Shown here one piece after another: positions 63,868 to 64,000 of a DNA stretch of 64,000 nt. Below the pieces are notes generated by a model. It was not told the DNA's origin and ran no database searches. It was given only the letters and a program-made list of their open reading frames with translations. Both the position numbers and the translations under genes were made by a program. Numbering within the stretch: position 1 is the stretch's first letter; each line of letters opens with the position of its first letter. Origin of the DNA: Hormiphora californensis (Eukaryota; Animalia; Ctenophora); contig CM035350.1 of the NCBI GenBank assembly GCA_020137815.1, forward strand, positions 2,914,001 through 2,978,000, in the 5' to 3' direction.

Positions 63868-64000
63868 ATATATACACAAACAAGGCCTCTTCCGATAACC
63901 AAAGTCCGACATACATGTTTTTTGGCTCAAAATCGATAAAAATCCAAAAGTTACAAATATTTCAATTTAGCGGATAAAATCTCACTTTAACGTGATTTTT

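Overview
Eukaryotic animal genomic DNA: AT-rich, GT-AG introns, many (GA)n microsatellites and foldback transposons. The compact genes and GPCR style suggest a non-bilaterian marine invertebrate such as a ctenophore, which is inference only. Host genes I could reconstruct: a two-SH3-domain gene (minus, ~5.2-13 kb), a rhodopsin-class GPCR (33.7-37.3 kb), a C2H2 plus ARID5B-type BAH gene (minus, 38.2-40 kb), a PAQR/AdipoR gene, an ELOVL elongase, two tandem helical-repeat/BTB (ARMC5-like) paralogs and XRN2. The 13.5-31 kb interval is almost entirely nested non-autonomous DNA transposons (Kolobok-, Harbinger-, hAT- and Helitron-like) and LINE fragments. The most interesting signal is an array of four paralogous, unannotated ~97-nt coding cassettes at 59.7-62.2 kb. 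Each encodes a different type II signal anchor ending TKP[HY]xx-G at a phase-1 donor, which looks like a variable-first-exon system for one downstream lumenal domain. Also notable: minisatellites built from splice junctions, an operon-like paralog-paralog-XRN2 run, and a 140-bp gene-conversion-like tract. Caveat: single-base homopolymer frameshifts in several genes and three garbled segments point to an unpolished long-read assembly.
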